This document shows, piece by piece, positions 18,160-25,783 of a DNA stretch of 32,000 bases. Source of the DNA: Thermoplasmata archaeon (GTDB lineage Archaea; Thermoplasmatota; Thermoplasmata; UBA10834); contig JBGQAM010000008.1 in assembly GCA_041494275.1 (NCBI GenBank), positions 1-32,000 on the forward strand, read 5' to 3'. The position numbers and the translations under genes are program-made. Every line of letters begins with the position of its first letter. Position 1 is the first letter of the stretch. The notes beneath the pieces were generated by a model that was not told the origin of the DNA, searched no databases, and saw only the letters and a list, made by a program, of their open reading frames with translations.

Positions 18160-18540
18160 TCACTCCTTGGGAGGCGGCGGCACCTCTTCTTCGACGACTT
18201 CCTCCATGCCGGAATCGACTTCTGAAGGCTGAGCGGCTACCTTTGGCTGGGCAATCCCCAGTCTCTTCTCGATAGCGTCGAGGCGCTTGACTACATCCAG
18301 AAGCGTGAACCGATGCTCTGAGAAGCTGAGAGCAACTATGAGAGCAGCGTCGACGAACAACCAGACCACTAGAACCCACAACAGGATTGTCAAAAGATCC
18401 CAAGTTCCGGTAAAGGTGACATCGAAATTGGCCTCCTGCAGAACTGACTTGAGGTCATTGACCAATTTGTCCGCATAGAGCATTATCACGATTCCAAGAA
18501 TCACGAGGAAGACCGCTTTCACCCATCTGCTAGCCATCAT
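18160..18540 (-). CDS. Hypothetical small membrane protein (2 TM, amphipathic helix, acidic/Pro-rich tail)
   Basis: ATG-ATG start at 18540 (MMASRWVKAVFLVILGIVIMLY...). Second TM is WDLLTILLWVLVVWLFVDAALIVALSF; tail is EEVVEEEVPPPPKE. Strong AATATATAAAAA element about 50 nt upstream. No family recognised. Confidence 0.55.
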   Translation of the reverse strand: MMASRWVKAVFLVILGIVIMLYADKLVNDLKSVLQEANFDVTFTGTWDLLTILLWVLVVWLFVDAALIVALSFSEHRFTLLDVVKRLDAIEKRLGIAQPKVAAQPSEVDSGMEEVVEEEVPPPPKE

Positions 18541-18624
18541 TGGTGTTACCTTGATAATACCACCAGGGGTCAGTATGCGCTGGATGGTTTTTATATATTG
18601 CCCTCGAATGTTTATACGGGGCAA

Positions 18625-19674
18625 TCAAGAACGCATCAAATGCCGAACGGCGGGACCGAATTCGAAAGTCCTGAGTTCGGTCGACCTTTCGAGCGGAAAG
18701 AGCGTGATGTCAGGCGTCTCATCCAAAGCTTTGGCCTTGTGGTACCACGCGAGTATGCCCTGGAGTTGGTCAGAGTAATCCGAGTACTTGGCGATTATGT
18801 AGTTGGCAACTCCCTCATCGGCTTTCGAAAGCGTGTAGAAAGACAGTTCCACGACTTCCTTCGGCTGACTCTTCAGTCTCTTCTCCCAGGGGATCTCCAT
18901 GTTGAACTTGGGGTGAGCGACGGCACATATCTCGAAGCCCCACTTGTAGAGACTCGGCAGGCATACGGGGTTGCAGATCTCTTCTTCGAGCAGCTTGTTT
19001 CTTATCCTGGTTATCGCCTGTCTTGAAAGGCCGACAATCGTCGCGATCTCTCTGTCTGATGCGCGCGGATTTTCCACCAGCGCCACGAGAGTGGCTCGTT
19101 CGGTCTTGCTGAGGTCCGGAGACTCCACCCCAGCCAAGGCTGGAGCAGTAGGTTTCGGAGGTGGGACATCCAACTGGAAGAACCTGTGGACTATTGGCGC
19201 GAAATTGGGGACCACATTGACCCTGGTCATGGCAAATGGGAAGACCGAGCTGACCATCCTAGCTTTGGACTCGCGTCTAGCTCCACTGAAGAACTTGTTG
19301 TGATTTTGGACGATCTCATCGTACTCGGTTGCGTTCTTCAGCGCCGTATAGAAGACGACTGAGCTCCCGCCGGTCAAACCATGGAACAGCTGAGGGGTCT
19401 TGTTAGAGAACTCGATGTAGTTGTTGGCTCTGGCGTCGACCCGCTCGATAGGCTCGGCAGTTCCCATGTGAAACCCGATCATCTCGCAGCCAAGCTTGTT
19501 GAAGGCCGGCACGTTCACGAATGTGATGGCACCAGCATCAAGGAGTCTCCGACGGATCGACGCGACGGTCCCCTTCTTCAGGCTGTAAATGTCCGCAATC
19601 TCCGCGTCGGTCCTGGTCGCATCTTCCGCAAGGCCCAGGATCACTAGCATCTCGGATTCGAGGAACTTCCACAT
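18625..19674 (-). CDS. Fused tandem Lrp/AsnC-like (wHTH + RAM-like) transcriptional regulator
   Basis: Two homologous halves. Half 2 has the AsnC-type HTH pattern LSKTERATLVALVENPRASDREIATIVGLSRQAITRIRNKLLEEE; half 1 has LESEMLVILGLAEDATRTDAEIADIYSLKKGTVASIRRRLLDAG. ATG at 19674 is favoured because TTTAATT (19700-19706, minus) lies 29 nt upstream. ORF-track TTG at 19701 is the alternative. Confidence 0.65.
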   Translation of the reverse strand: MWKFLESEMLVILGLAEDATRTDAEIADIYSLKKGTVASIRRRLLDAGAITFVNVPAFNKLGCEMIGFHMGTAEPIERVDARANNYIEFSNKTPQLFHGLTGGSSVVFYTALKNATEYDEIVQNHNKFFSGARRESKARMVSSVFPFAMTRVNVVPNFAPIVHRFFQLDVPPPKPTAPALAGVESPDLSKTERATLVALVENPRASDREIATIVGLSRQAITRIRNKLLEEEICNPVCLPSLYKWGFEICAVAHPKFNMEIPWEKRLKSQPKEVVELSFYTLSKADEGVANYIIAKYSDYSDQLQGILAWYHKAKALDETPDITLFPLERSTELRTFEFGPAVRHLMRS

Positions 19675-19699
19675 ATGAGGAGGTAGATTGGCATATTTC

Positions 19700-19706
19700 A
19701 ATTAAA
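19700..19706 (-). promoter_or_regulatory. TATA-like element (TTTAATT on minus strand) for the tandem-Lrp gene
   Basis: Centre is 29 nt upstream of the ATG at 19674. Confidence 0.45.
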
Positions 19707-19885
19707 GATATCCTTTTTGGAGAATTGCTCACTCTGCAGCATCCAATGTAGCAGTATTGCATCAATCTGGCTTATGACCATCAAAAGGGTTATGTTCAGT
19801 AGAATGAATGAGGTGAAGCCATTTTGGCAAACACTCTCTTTTGAAGGAAGAGGAGAGGTGTGACCAAAGGGTGATGCCCAACTGC

Positions 19886-19912
19886 GGTGGAGTCATCTCC
19901 ACCCCCTTTTTT
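19886..19912 (+). terminator. Hairpin GGTGGAG-tcat-CTCCACC followed by CCC and T6
   Basis: Read directly: 7-bp perfect stem plus an oligo-T run on the + strand. No annotated + strand gene ends here. Confidence 0.3.
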
Positions 19913-19983
19913 CTATCCACGATTCTTGAGCGCGTGCGCACCGCTTCTTCAAATGATCGAACAATAACGAGGAAGCAGGATTC

Positions 19984-20133
19984 CTAGGCTTTCTTCGTTT
20001 CTCGGGTCTTTATCCTGAGGCCTTTGTAGCCACACTTCCTGCAACGCGTCGCCCTTATCGCATTTCGAGCATTACAGTTCATGCAGATCTTCTTGACCAG
20101 GTTGCGCGCCTCGGCCTCCGGGAACCTTGCCAT
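19984..20133 (-). CDS. rpl40e: Ribosomal protein L40e (49 aa; below the ORF-track length cutoff)
   Basis: My translation: [49 protein letters not shown]. CxxC...CxxC zinc ribbon with the [23 protein letters not shown] pattern of archaeal L40e. TTATATA (20168-20174, minus) lies 38 nt upstream. Confidence 0.9.
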   Translation of the reverse strand: MARFPEAEARNLVKKICMNCNARNAIRATRCRKCGYKGLRIKTRETKKA

Positions 20134-20192
20134 TGTCGGTCCTCTTGCGCCTCAAATAGACATACCGTATATAACTGTTGTGTACCAGCATC

Positions 20193-21152
20193 TCACTTCG
20201 GTCTCTTGCCCTCATGCGCGAAGTGAGCGAGAAGTGCCTCCAACTGGATTCTCTCACTTGCACCTGATACCATCCGGAATTCGGCCTCGCCTACGCGATC
20301 GATCAATCGTATCTTGGCATCCTCGCTTACACCTAGTTCGAACACGGCCCTATGTATCCCAGCCACGATGTCCTCTCCAGACAGACCATGTCTCGCAATG
20401 AGCTCGTCAAGCCTGGACCTGGCGGCAGTGAAATTACCGCTGAGAGCGGTTGAGAGCAGTTCTTGAATCTCGGAAGGCCTGATGTTCTCGGTCGATTCGA
20501 AGACTGAATCCTGGTCGACGCGCTTTCCGAGCGATGCTGCGACCTGAAGGATGTTGGCAGCCTTTCTCAGGTCGCCCCCTGCGAGCCCGCATATTGCGAG
20601 TGTGCCATCATCGGTGATGTCGACGTGTTCCCCGTGCGCAATCCTCTTGAGAAATGACTTCACGTCAGGTTCGCTCAGCGGTCTGAACCTGAAGACCGCG
20701 CATCGAGATTGGATTGGTTCGATTATCTTCGATGAATAGTTGCATGACAGGATGAATCTGCACGTCTGGGTGTTGCGTTCCATCGTGCGTCGCAATGCTG
20801 CCTGGGCGTCGGACGTCAAGGAGTCCGCCTCATCGAGGAAGATGATCTTGAAATCCGCGCGGCCGAGCGAAGCGGAGCGTGCGAAATCCTTGATCTTCCC
20901 TCGCACAATGTCGATGCCCCTCTCATCGGAAGCGTTGAGCTCGATGAGGTTGTCGCGCCATTGGTCCCCATACAGTTCGCGAGCGAGAGCGATTGCGCAA
21001 GTCGTTTTGCCGGACCCCGCAGGGCCAGCAAACAGCATATGAGGCATGCTTCTCGTCTTGACGTAGGCAGAAAGCCTTTCCACTATGCTCTTCTGCCCAA
21101 TAACATCAGAGAGCTTCTTTGGCCTGTACTTCTCCACCCAGACATCTTGCAT
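20193..21152 (-). CDS. rfcS: Replication factor C small subunit
   Basis: WVEKYRP, GPAGSGKTT (Walker A), LDEADSLT (Walker B), SRC motif (IQSRCAVFRF). No intein. Confidence 0.93.
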   Translation of the reverse strand: MQDVWVEKYRPKKLSDVIGQKSIVERLSAYVKTRSMPHMLFAGPAGSGKTTCAIALARELYGDQWRDNLIELNASDERGIDIVRGKIKDFARSASLGRADFKIIFLDEADSLTSDAQAALRRTMERNTQTCRFILSCNYSSKIIEPIQSRCAVFRFRPLSEPDVKSFLKRIAHGEHVDITDDGTLAICGLAGGDLRKAANILQVAASLGKRVDQDSVFESTENIRPSEIQELLSTALSGNFTAARSRLDELIARHGLSGEDIVAGIHRAVFELGVSEDAKIRLIDRVGEAEFRMVSGASERIQLEALLAHFAHEGKRPK

Positions 21153-21217
21153 TTTGTCTCATTCTCTCGAATGCGATATCCTTACAAATACCTATGCCAC
21201 AGCGTCCAGAAAGAAGC

Positions 21218-21225
21218 AATAAATA
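21218..21225 (+). promoter_or_regulatory. TATA-like box (AATAAATA) for the tRNA thiolase gene
   Basis: Centre is 27-28 nt upstream of the GTG at 21249. Confidence 0.5.
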
Positions 21226-21248
21226 GCTCGTGTCGGCATCTGGCCGGC

Positions 21249-22175
21249 GTGGTCAACTGCGACAAGTGCAGACGAAGGTCAATAGTGTTCATACGATATA
21301 GTGGGGCTCATCTCTGTGGCGATCATTTCTGCGATCTCGTCGAGAGGAAGACCAAGCACGAGCTGCGAAAGCAGATTGCCCTCAATGAGAGAGGTGCAAG
21401 GATAGCCGTCGCGGTTTCGGGAGGCAAGGACAGCACGGTCGCACTCTATTTGATGCACAAGATCCTCGGCGAGAGAAAGGATCTGGACCTGTGCGCGCTG
21501 ACCGTCGACGAAGGCATCGATGGCTACCGAGATTCCAGTATGCCTATCGTCGCGAGCAACTGCAGGAAGCTCGGCATCGAACACTTGGTCGTTACTTTCA
21601 AGGAGCTCTTCGGGACGACCATGGACGAAATCGCAGAGTCCTCCAGGCAGCTGGCAACCTGCAGCTACTGTGGGGTTCTCAGGAGGGCGGCCATGAATCG
21701 AGCGGCGAAGGACTGGGAGGCAACGCATCTTGCCACCGGTTTGAACCTTGACGATACTGCGCAATCCATACTGATGAATTTCTCAAGAGGAGATGTCGAA
21801 AGGCTCGCCCGTCTGGGACCGCACAAGAAGGTCCAGAACTACCTCGTCCCTAGGATCCAGCCCTTGAGATCGGTTCCGGAAAGTGAAACACTTCTGTATG
21901 CCATCGTCAACAAGCTGGAATTTCATGACCTGGAATGTCCATACGCACCGGAAGCGTTGCGCAATTCTTACAGATCAATTCTATCCCAACTCGAGGACAG
22001 ATACCCGGGAACGAGGCATTCCATCCTGAGGAGCTATGAAGAGATCCTCCCAGCGCTTGAGAGGCTCTATCCTCCAGCGGAGCTCAGACGATGCTCGTGC
22101 GGAGAACCGACAATGTCTGAGAAGTGCAAGGCTTGCGAGCTGCTCGAATCCCTACCAATAGGGCCACCTACCTGA
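21249..22175 (+). CDS. tRNA 2-thiolation PP-loop ATPase (TtuA / Ncs6-NcsA family)
   Basis: N-terminal Zn finger CDKC...LCGDHF, PP-loop SGGKDS, cluster cysteines (CSYCGVLRR), C-terminal CSCG...CKACE. GTG at 21249 chosen; in-frame ATG at 21171 is the alternative. The ORF-track start at 20961 overlaps rfcS and is rejected. Confidence 0.82.
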   Translation: MVNCDKCRRRSIVFIRYSGAHLCGDHFCDLVERKTKHELRKQIALNERGARIAVAVSGGKDSTVALYLMHKILGERKDLDLCALTVDEGIDGYRDSSMPIVASNCRKLGIEHLVVTFKELFGTTMDEIAESSRQLATCSYCGVLRRAAMNRAAKDWEATHLATGLNLDDTAQSILMNFSRGDVERLARLGPHKKVQNYLVPRIQPLRSVPESETLLYAIVNKLEFHDLECPYAPEALRNSYRSILSQLEDRYPGTRHSILRSYEEILPALERLYPPAELRRCSCGEPTMSEKCKACELLESLPIGPPT

Positions 22176-22890
22176 TCGTATCCTTCGGGAACCATGCCCC
22201 ACAGTGTTTGCATGTCGTCTCCTTGGGCGATGCTTTCGCGCCACATACCGGACACTCCTTGAACGCGAGGACTCTCGGGATGGGTCTCGGCTCAGGAGGC
22301 GGAGGTGGAGGTGCGTATCCCACGGAATCATCGTGCGTAACCTCGAAGGCCATCTTGGACATGGTCGAGAATGCTGGCCCCGACGGTTTGCGTCGCGGGA
22401 GGGGTTTTGGTCGTGCAGGAACTCTCTCGACTGACCGCTCCTCCTTCAGTCTGCGTTCCTCGTCATCCAGATAGTGCTTGCTTGTCGAGAATGTCGAATA
22501 CACCAGGAGCCCCTTCAGAGAAACACCGAAGAGCATGATGTAGACGATCTTGCTCATGTCAAACCGAACGTGGTATGGTCCGTATGTGAACTCAGCGATC
22601 CCCCCGCCGAGGACAATGAAAAGCCACAAGCACACGAACGCTAGCGCGGTCAGACCGAACAAGAGCCTCTTCCAGGATCCAGGCTTGTTTGAAGCTTCAA
22701 GCGTGCTCGCTGCCGTAATCATCCCGCCGAAGAAAATGATGTACAGGCTTATCTCTGGCAAGAAGGCCGTCTTCAGCTCAGAGTAGTTCTTTGTGATAAG
22801 ATCGATGAGGACCAATGGCACGACTATGAACCGGAGCGCGTCGGTGAATGCAGTCCAGGTCGCATCGGACAGCCTGCTTCTTTGTGTCAC
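22168..22890 (-). CDS. Hypothetical 4-TM membrane protein with charged/Pro-rich linker and C-terminal zinc ribbon
   Basis: Four hydrophobic segments in residues about 15-150, then DDEERRLKEERS, a PPPPPPEPRP run, and CPVCG-x11-CKHCG. GTG start overlaps the upstream gene's stop (GTGA). The 3' end overlaps the convergent thiolase gene by 8 nt. Confidence 0.6.
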   Translation of the reverse strand: MTQRSRLSDATWTAFTDALRFIVVPLVLIDLITKNYSELKTAFLPEISLYIIFFGGMITAASTLEASNKPGSWKRLLFGLTALAFVCLWLFIVLGGGIAEFTYGPYHVRFDMSKIVYIMLFGVSLKGLLVYSTFSTSKHYLDDEERRLKEERSVERVPARPKPLPRRKPSGPAFSTMSKMAFEVTHDDSVGYAPPPPPPEPRPIPRVLAFKECPVCGAKASPKETTCKHCGAWFPKDTIR

Positions 22891-23705
22891 GGAGGCACCC
22901 CCGGAAGAGACGGGGCAGCATACGTCTCATTGAAGGAAAAGCCCCCAACGTTGATCACTAGCTCAACGAAATAGTTGGTGAAGTATGCTGGAGTAACGCT
23001 GAGCGTGACAGTGTCCGAGTAGTTGGTGCCGAGCTGGACAGTACCATTTGCTTGCCCCATCATTGTGTTATTGCCAAAGAAGTTCACCGTGACCTGGGCT
23101 GGCGGAAGACCGCTCAGAATGTCAGAAGTCTGAAGCCAGTAAGTGACGTCGACAGAGATAGGGCTCCCGGGAGAAGGCAGCGTGGAGGGATATTGAACAG
23201 AGGTCACGCCCCAGCCCTGGATCAGCGCATCCCATGGGACGCTGACCTGGTATGTGGCCTCGAACTTCACCAAGTCCATAGTGTAGCCGCAGGAGACATC
23301 GACGACAAATGTCAGAAGGTCATCAGAGAACACCATTCCCAATGCACCGTCGTTGAAGAGTCTGAGAAGGTCGAACCGGAAGTCTATCTCGGAACTAGTG
23401 ATCTGTCCCGCTGGAATGTTACCGATGAGCATCGTCTGGTTGGCGAGTAGATATCTCGAGCTATTGAACACGATGTAGTCTATAGTCAGATCGTGGACGT
23501 CGTAGTATCCGCCATTGTCAATCGAGTATGGAGCCGTGACGTGAACGATGCCGTCAGAGTACGTCCAAGTGACTTCGTTCGGCGAGGGCAAGTCGACCTT
23601 GAAATCACCGTGCGGGAATGGCCATATGCTGGTGAAAGCTAGAACGACTATGGCGATGTTCACGGCAGCAATGGCCATCTGAAGCAATCTGATCCGAGCA
23701 GCCAT
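22887..23705 (-). CDS. Hypothetical N-terminally anchored extracellular beta-rich protein (possibly LEA_2/WHy-like sandwich)
   Basis: N-terminal signal-anchor IAAVNIAIVVLAFTSIW, then beta-strand-like alternating sequence. Six N-x-S/T sequons (NSS, NQT, NNT, NGT, NYS, NET). Pro-rich C-terminus. The family assignment is tentative. Confidence 0.55.
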   Translation of the reverse strand: MAARIRLLQMAIAAVNIAIVVLAFTSIWPFPHGDFKVDLPSPNEVTWTYSDGIVHVTAPYSIDNGGYYDVHDLTIDYIVFNSSRYLLANQTMLIGNIPAGQITSSEIDFRFDLLRLFNDGALGMVFSDDLLTFVVDVSCGYTMDLVKFEATYQVSVPWDALIQGWGVTSVQYPSTLPSPGSPISVDVTYWLQTSDILSGLPPAQVTVNFFGNNTMMGQANGTVQLGTNYSDTVTLSVTPAYFTNYFVELVINVGGFSFNETYAAPSLPGVPP

Positions 23706-23761
23706 CCCTTTCTACATGACGCTAATCAGGTTGTGCTCTAATAAAAGTAGAGTCGCCAATA

Positions 23762-25060
23762 TCACTTCAGGTCGCCATCGAAGGCGGGGTAGTCATAGGC
23801 CTCTTCACCCTCGAAGAAACAATAGTGAACCTTCGTGAACTGACGCTTGAAAGCGACGACGTCTGGCTTGACCTTGTCCGGCTCCTGTCCCTTCACCACG
23901 ACCCGGGCGACTAGCTCCGCGACCTCTGCCATGTCCTTCTCCTTCATACCCAGTCTCGTGAGTTCCTGAGATCCGATACGGATGCCGCAAGGCCTGACCG
24001 GGTCGGAATCCCATGGCAGCAGGTTCTTGTTCAGTATGATGTTCGCGGCCTCTAGGGTCTTCGCGACCTTTGCCCCACCTTGGAACTGCTCGACATCCAC
24101 CACGATGGTATGTGACTCCGTGAACCCGAGGTGCTCGCAGAGCACATCCATGCCTCTCTCGAACAAACCCTGTCCCAGCGCCTTGGCGTTCCTGATGACC
24201 TGGCCCGCATAGGCCTCGCCGAACTCCCTTGTCTCAGCCAGGGTCACGGCCAATGCAGCGACTGAGTGCAGGTGGTGATTGCTCGTCACCCCCGGGAACA
24301 CGCCCCGTCTGAGCGATATCTCGAGACCCTCTTTTGCCAGGTCGGATAGGATTATGCCATGCTGAGGACCAGGCAGGGTCTTGTGAGTGCTACCGGAAAT
24401 GACATCGATCCCTTCTCTCAGCGGGTCCTGGAACTTCTTTCCTGCTATGAGGCCCAGAACATGCGCGGCATCGTACCATGTGGAACACCCCACTTCAGAG
24501 AAGACGTCCCTCATCTCCTCCAGGGGAGTCGGGAAAAGGAAGACGGACTGGCCGAACAACGCTACCTTAGGCTTGACCTCACGGATGAGCCTCTTGGCGC
24601 CTTCAGTGTCAATGTTCATGTTCTTCTCGTCAAAGGGATAGTTGAAAGTCTTGATCCCGCGCATTCCAGTCGCGCCTATCTTCGCGTGGGATATGTGACC
24701 ACCGTCGGAGAGAGCGACCGTCGTCATCTTGTCACGGGTCTTGGTCAGCGCCACTAGAACGGCCATGTTGGACACTGTCCCCGATGTGGACCGGACATCA
24801 GCGAATCTGCAGGCGAACACCTCACGAGCAAGGTTCTCGCAGATTGTCTCGATCTGGTCGACATAGATGTTGCCCTGGTAGTATCTCTTGCCTGGCAAGC
24901 CCTCGGCATATCGGTTGTTGAGATCGGAGTTGAGGACCTCCCTGGCAGCGGGGCTCATCACATTCTCGGACGCAATCAAAGGGATAGAATCCTTGAACCA
25001 AGCACTGTGCTTGCGCGTGAGCTCCCTAACAGACTGGGCCAAATCCTTCGCTGAAGGCAC
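23762..25060 (-). CDS. glyA: Serine hydroxymethyltransferase
   Basis: SGSTHKTLPGPQHG (PLP-lysine region) and overall SHMT layout. GTG start at 25060. Confidence 0.93.
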   Translation of the reverse strand: MPSAKDLAQSVRELTRKHSAWFKDSIPLIASENVMSPAAREVLNSDLNNRYAEGLPGKRYYQGNIYVDQIETICENLAREVFACRFADVRSTSGTVSNMAVLVALTKTRDKMTTVALSDGGHISHAKIGATGMRGIKTFNYPFDEKNMNIDTEGAKRLIREVKPKVALFGQSVFLFPTPLEEMRDVFSEVGCSTWYDAAHVLGLIAGKKFQDPLREGIDVISGSTHKTLPGPQHGIILSDLAKEGLEISLRRGVFPGVTSNHHLHSVAALAVTLAETREFGEAYAGQVIRNAKALGQGLFERGMDVLCEHLGFTESHTIVVDVEQFQGGAKVAKTLEAANIILNKNLLPWDSDPVRPCGIRIGSQELTRLGMKEKDMAEVAELVARVVVKGQEPDKVKPDVVAFKRQFTKVHYCFFEGEEAYDYPAFDGDLK

Positions 25061-25084
25061 AATCGTGGGGAATCAGTCGAAGAC

Positions 25085-25092
25085 TAAAAAAT
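25085..25092 (-). promoter_or_regulatory. A/T-rich TATA-like element (ATTTTTTA on minus strand) for glyA
   Basis: Centre is about 28 nt upstream of the GTG at 25060. Confidence 0.45.
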
Positions 25093-25208
25093 GTATGCAC
25101 GAAAATGAGACCCAGTTCTGACCCAACTCTCGACTAGCCCGGGAAGCAAGCGACTGGAAAACGTCGCTTTTGCAGTTGCTGCAGTGGAAACGGTGGTCGA
25201 TAACTTTC

Positions 25209-25218
25209 TAGATATCTA
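25209..25218. promoter_or_regulatory. Perfect 10-bp palindrome TAGATATCTA abutting the TATA box of the RHH gene
   Basis: Read directly; it sits at a BRE-like position and overlaps the TATA box by 2 nt. Confidence 0.35.
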
Positions 25219-25224
25219 TTTATA
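25217..25224 (+). promoter_or_regulatory. TATA box (TATTTATA) of the RHH gene
   Basis: Lies 44 nt upstream of the ATG at 25265; the predicted TSS is around 25246-25248. Confidence 0.55.
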
Positions 25225-25227
25225 GAA

Positions 25228-25248
25228 TGTATGACAATCTGTCATACA
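25228..25248. promoter_or_regulatory. Perfect palindrome TGTATGACA-atc-TGTCATACA, candidate operator
   Basis: 9-bp arms with a 3-nt spacer, filling the space between the TATA box and the predicted TSS of the RHH gene. Confidence 0.6.
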
Positions 25249-25264
25249 AGGCACCGCGATTTCA

Positions 25265-25666
25265 ATGACCACGAAGAGCGCACGACTCAACATACGACTG
25301 CCGGAAGACGATCTCCGGGAGCTCGAAGCGATTCGCGAGCGCACAGGCCTCCAGAGCGTTTCGGACGTTGTCAGAGAGGCGATCCAGGCATATCTCCACG
25401 ACGAGGTTTCCACCTGGAACGCCGACAAGATAAGCGCAACACTGCCCGCAGCTCTGATGGAAGACGTGGAGATGTTCATCGCCAGTGGCGATGCGACCGA
25501 CATCTCCCAAGCAGCAACGCTCGCACTTGCGGGATGGGTCGAGGAGAAGAAACGCTACTACCTCGAGGGCAAGGAAGCGCTTCGCCAGAAGGTATCAGAG
25601 GCAGTTGAGGAGCGCGGCACGAGGAAAGGGATGGGTCGTACCGCAGCTCGAATGAGAGTTCAATGA
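25265..25666 (+). CDS. Tandem ribbon-helix-helix (CopG/Arc-MetJ-like) DNA-binding protein
   Basis: RHH1 is ARLNIRLPEDDLRELEAIRERTGLQSVSDVVREAIQAYL. RHH2 is KISATLPAALMEDVEMFIASGDATDISQAATLALAGWVEE. A basic C-terminal tail follows. Confidence 0.7.
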   Translation: MTTKSARLNIRLPEDDLRELEAIRERTGLQSVSDVVREAIQAYLHDEVSTWNADKISATLPAALMEDVEMFIASGDATDISQAATLALAGWVEEKKRYYLEGKEALRQKVSEAVEERGTRKGMGRTAARMRVQ

Positions 25667-25783
25667 TTGCTGTCTACAGGACGGATGCCTTGATCCGCAG
25701 TTGCGGACGCTGATGCGCCCGCCGTTTAACGAACAAAGGGAAGGAAGGGCTAGCAACAAGCTCTGATGGGATGGGAAAACGCA

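Noticed and set aside
20961-21248. Long N-terminal extension of the tRNA thiolase ORF (ORF-track start 20961).
   Set aside because: It overlaps rfcS on the opposite strand for about 190 nt. The conserved N-terminal Zn finger begins right after the GTG at 21249, which also has a correctly spaced TATA-like box. ATG at 21171 remains a less likely alternative.
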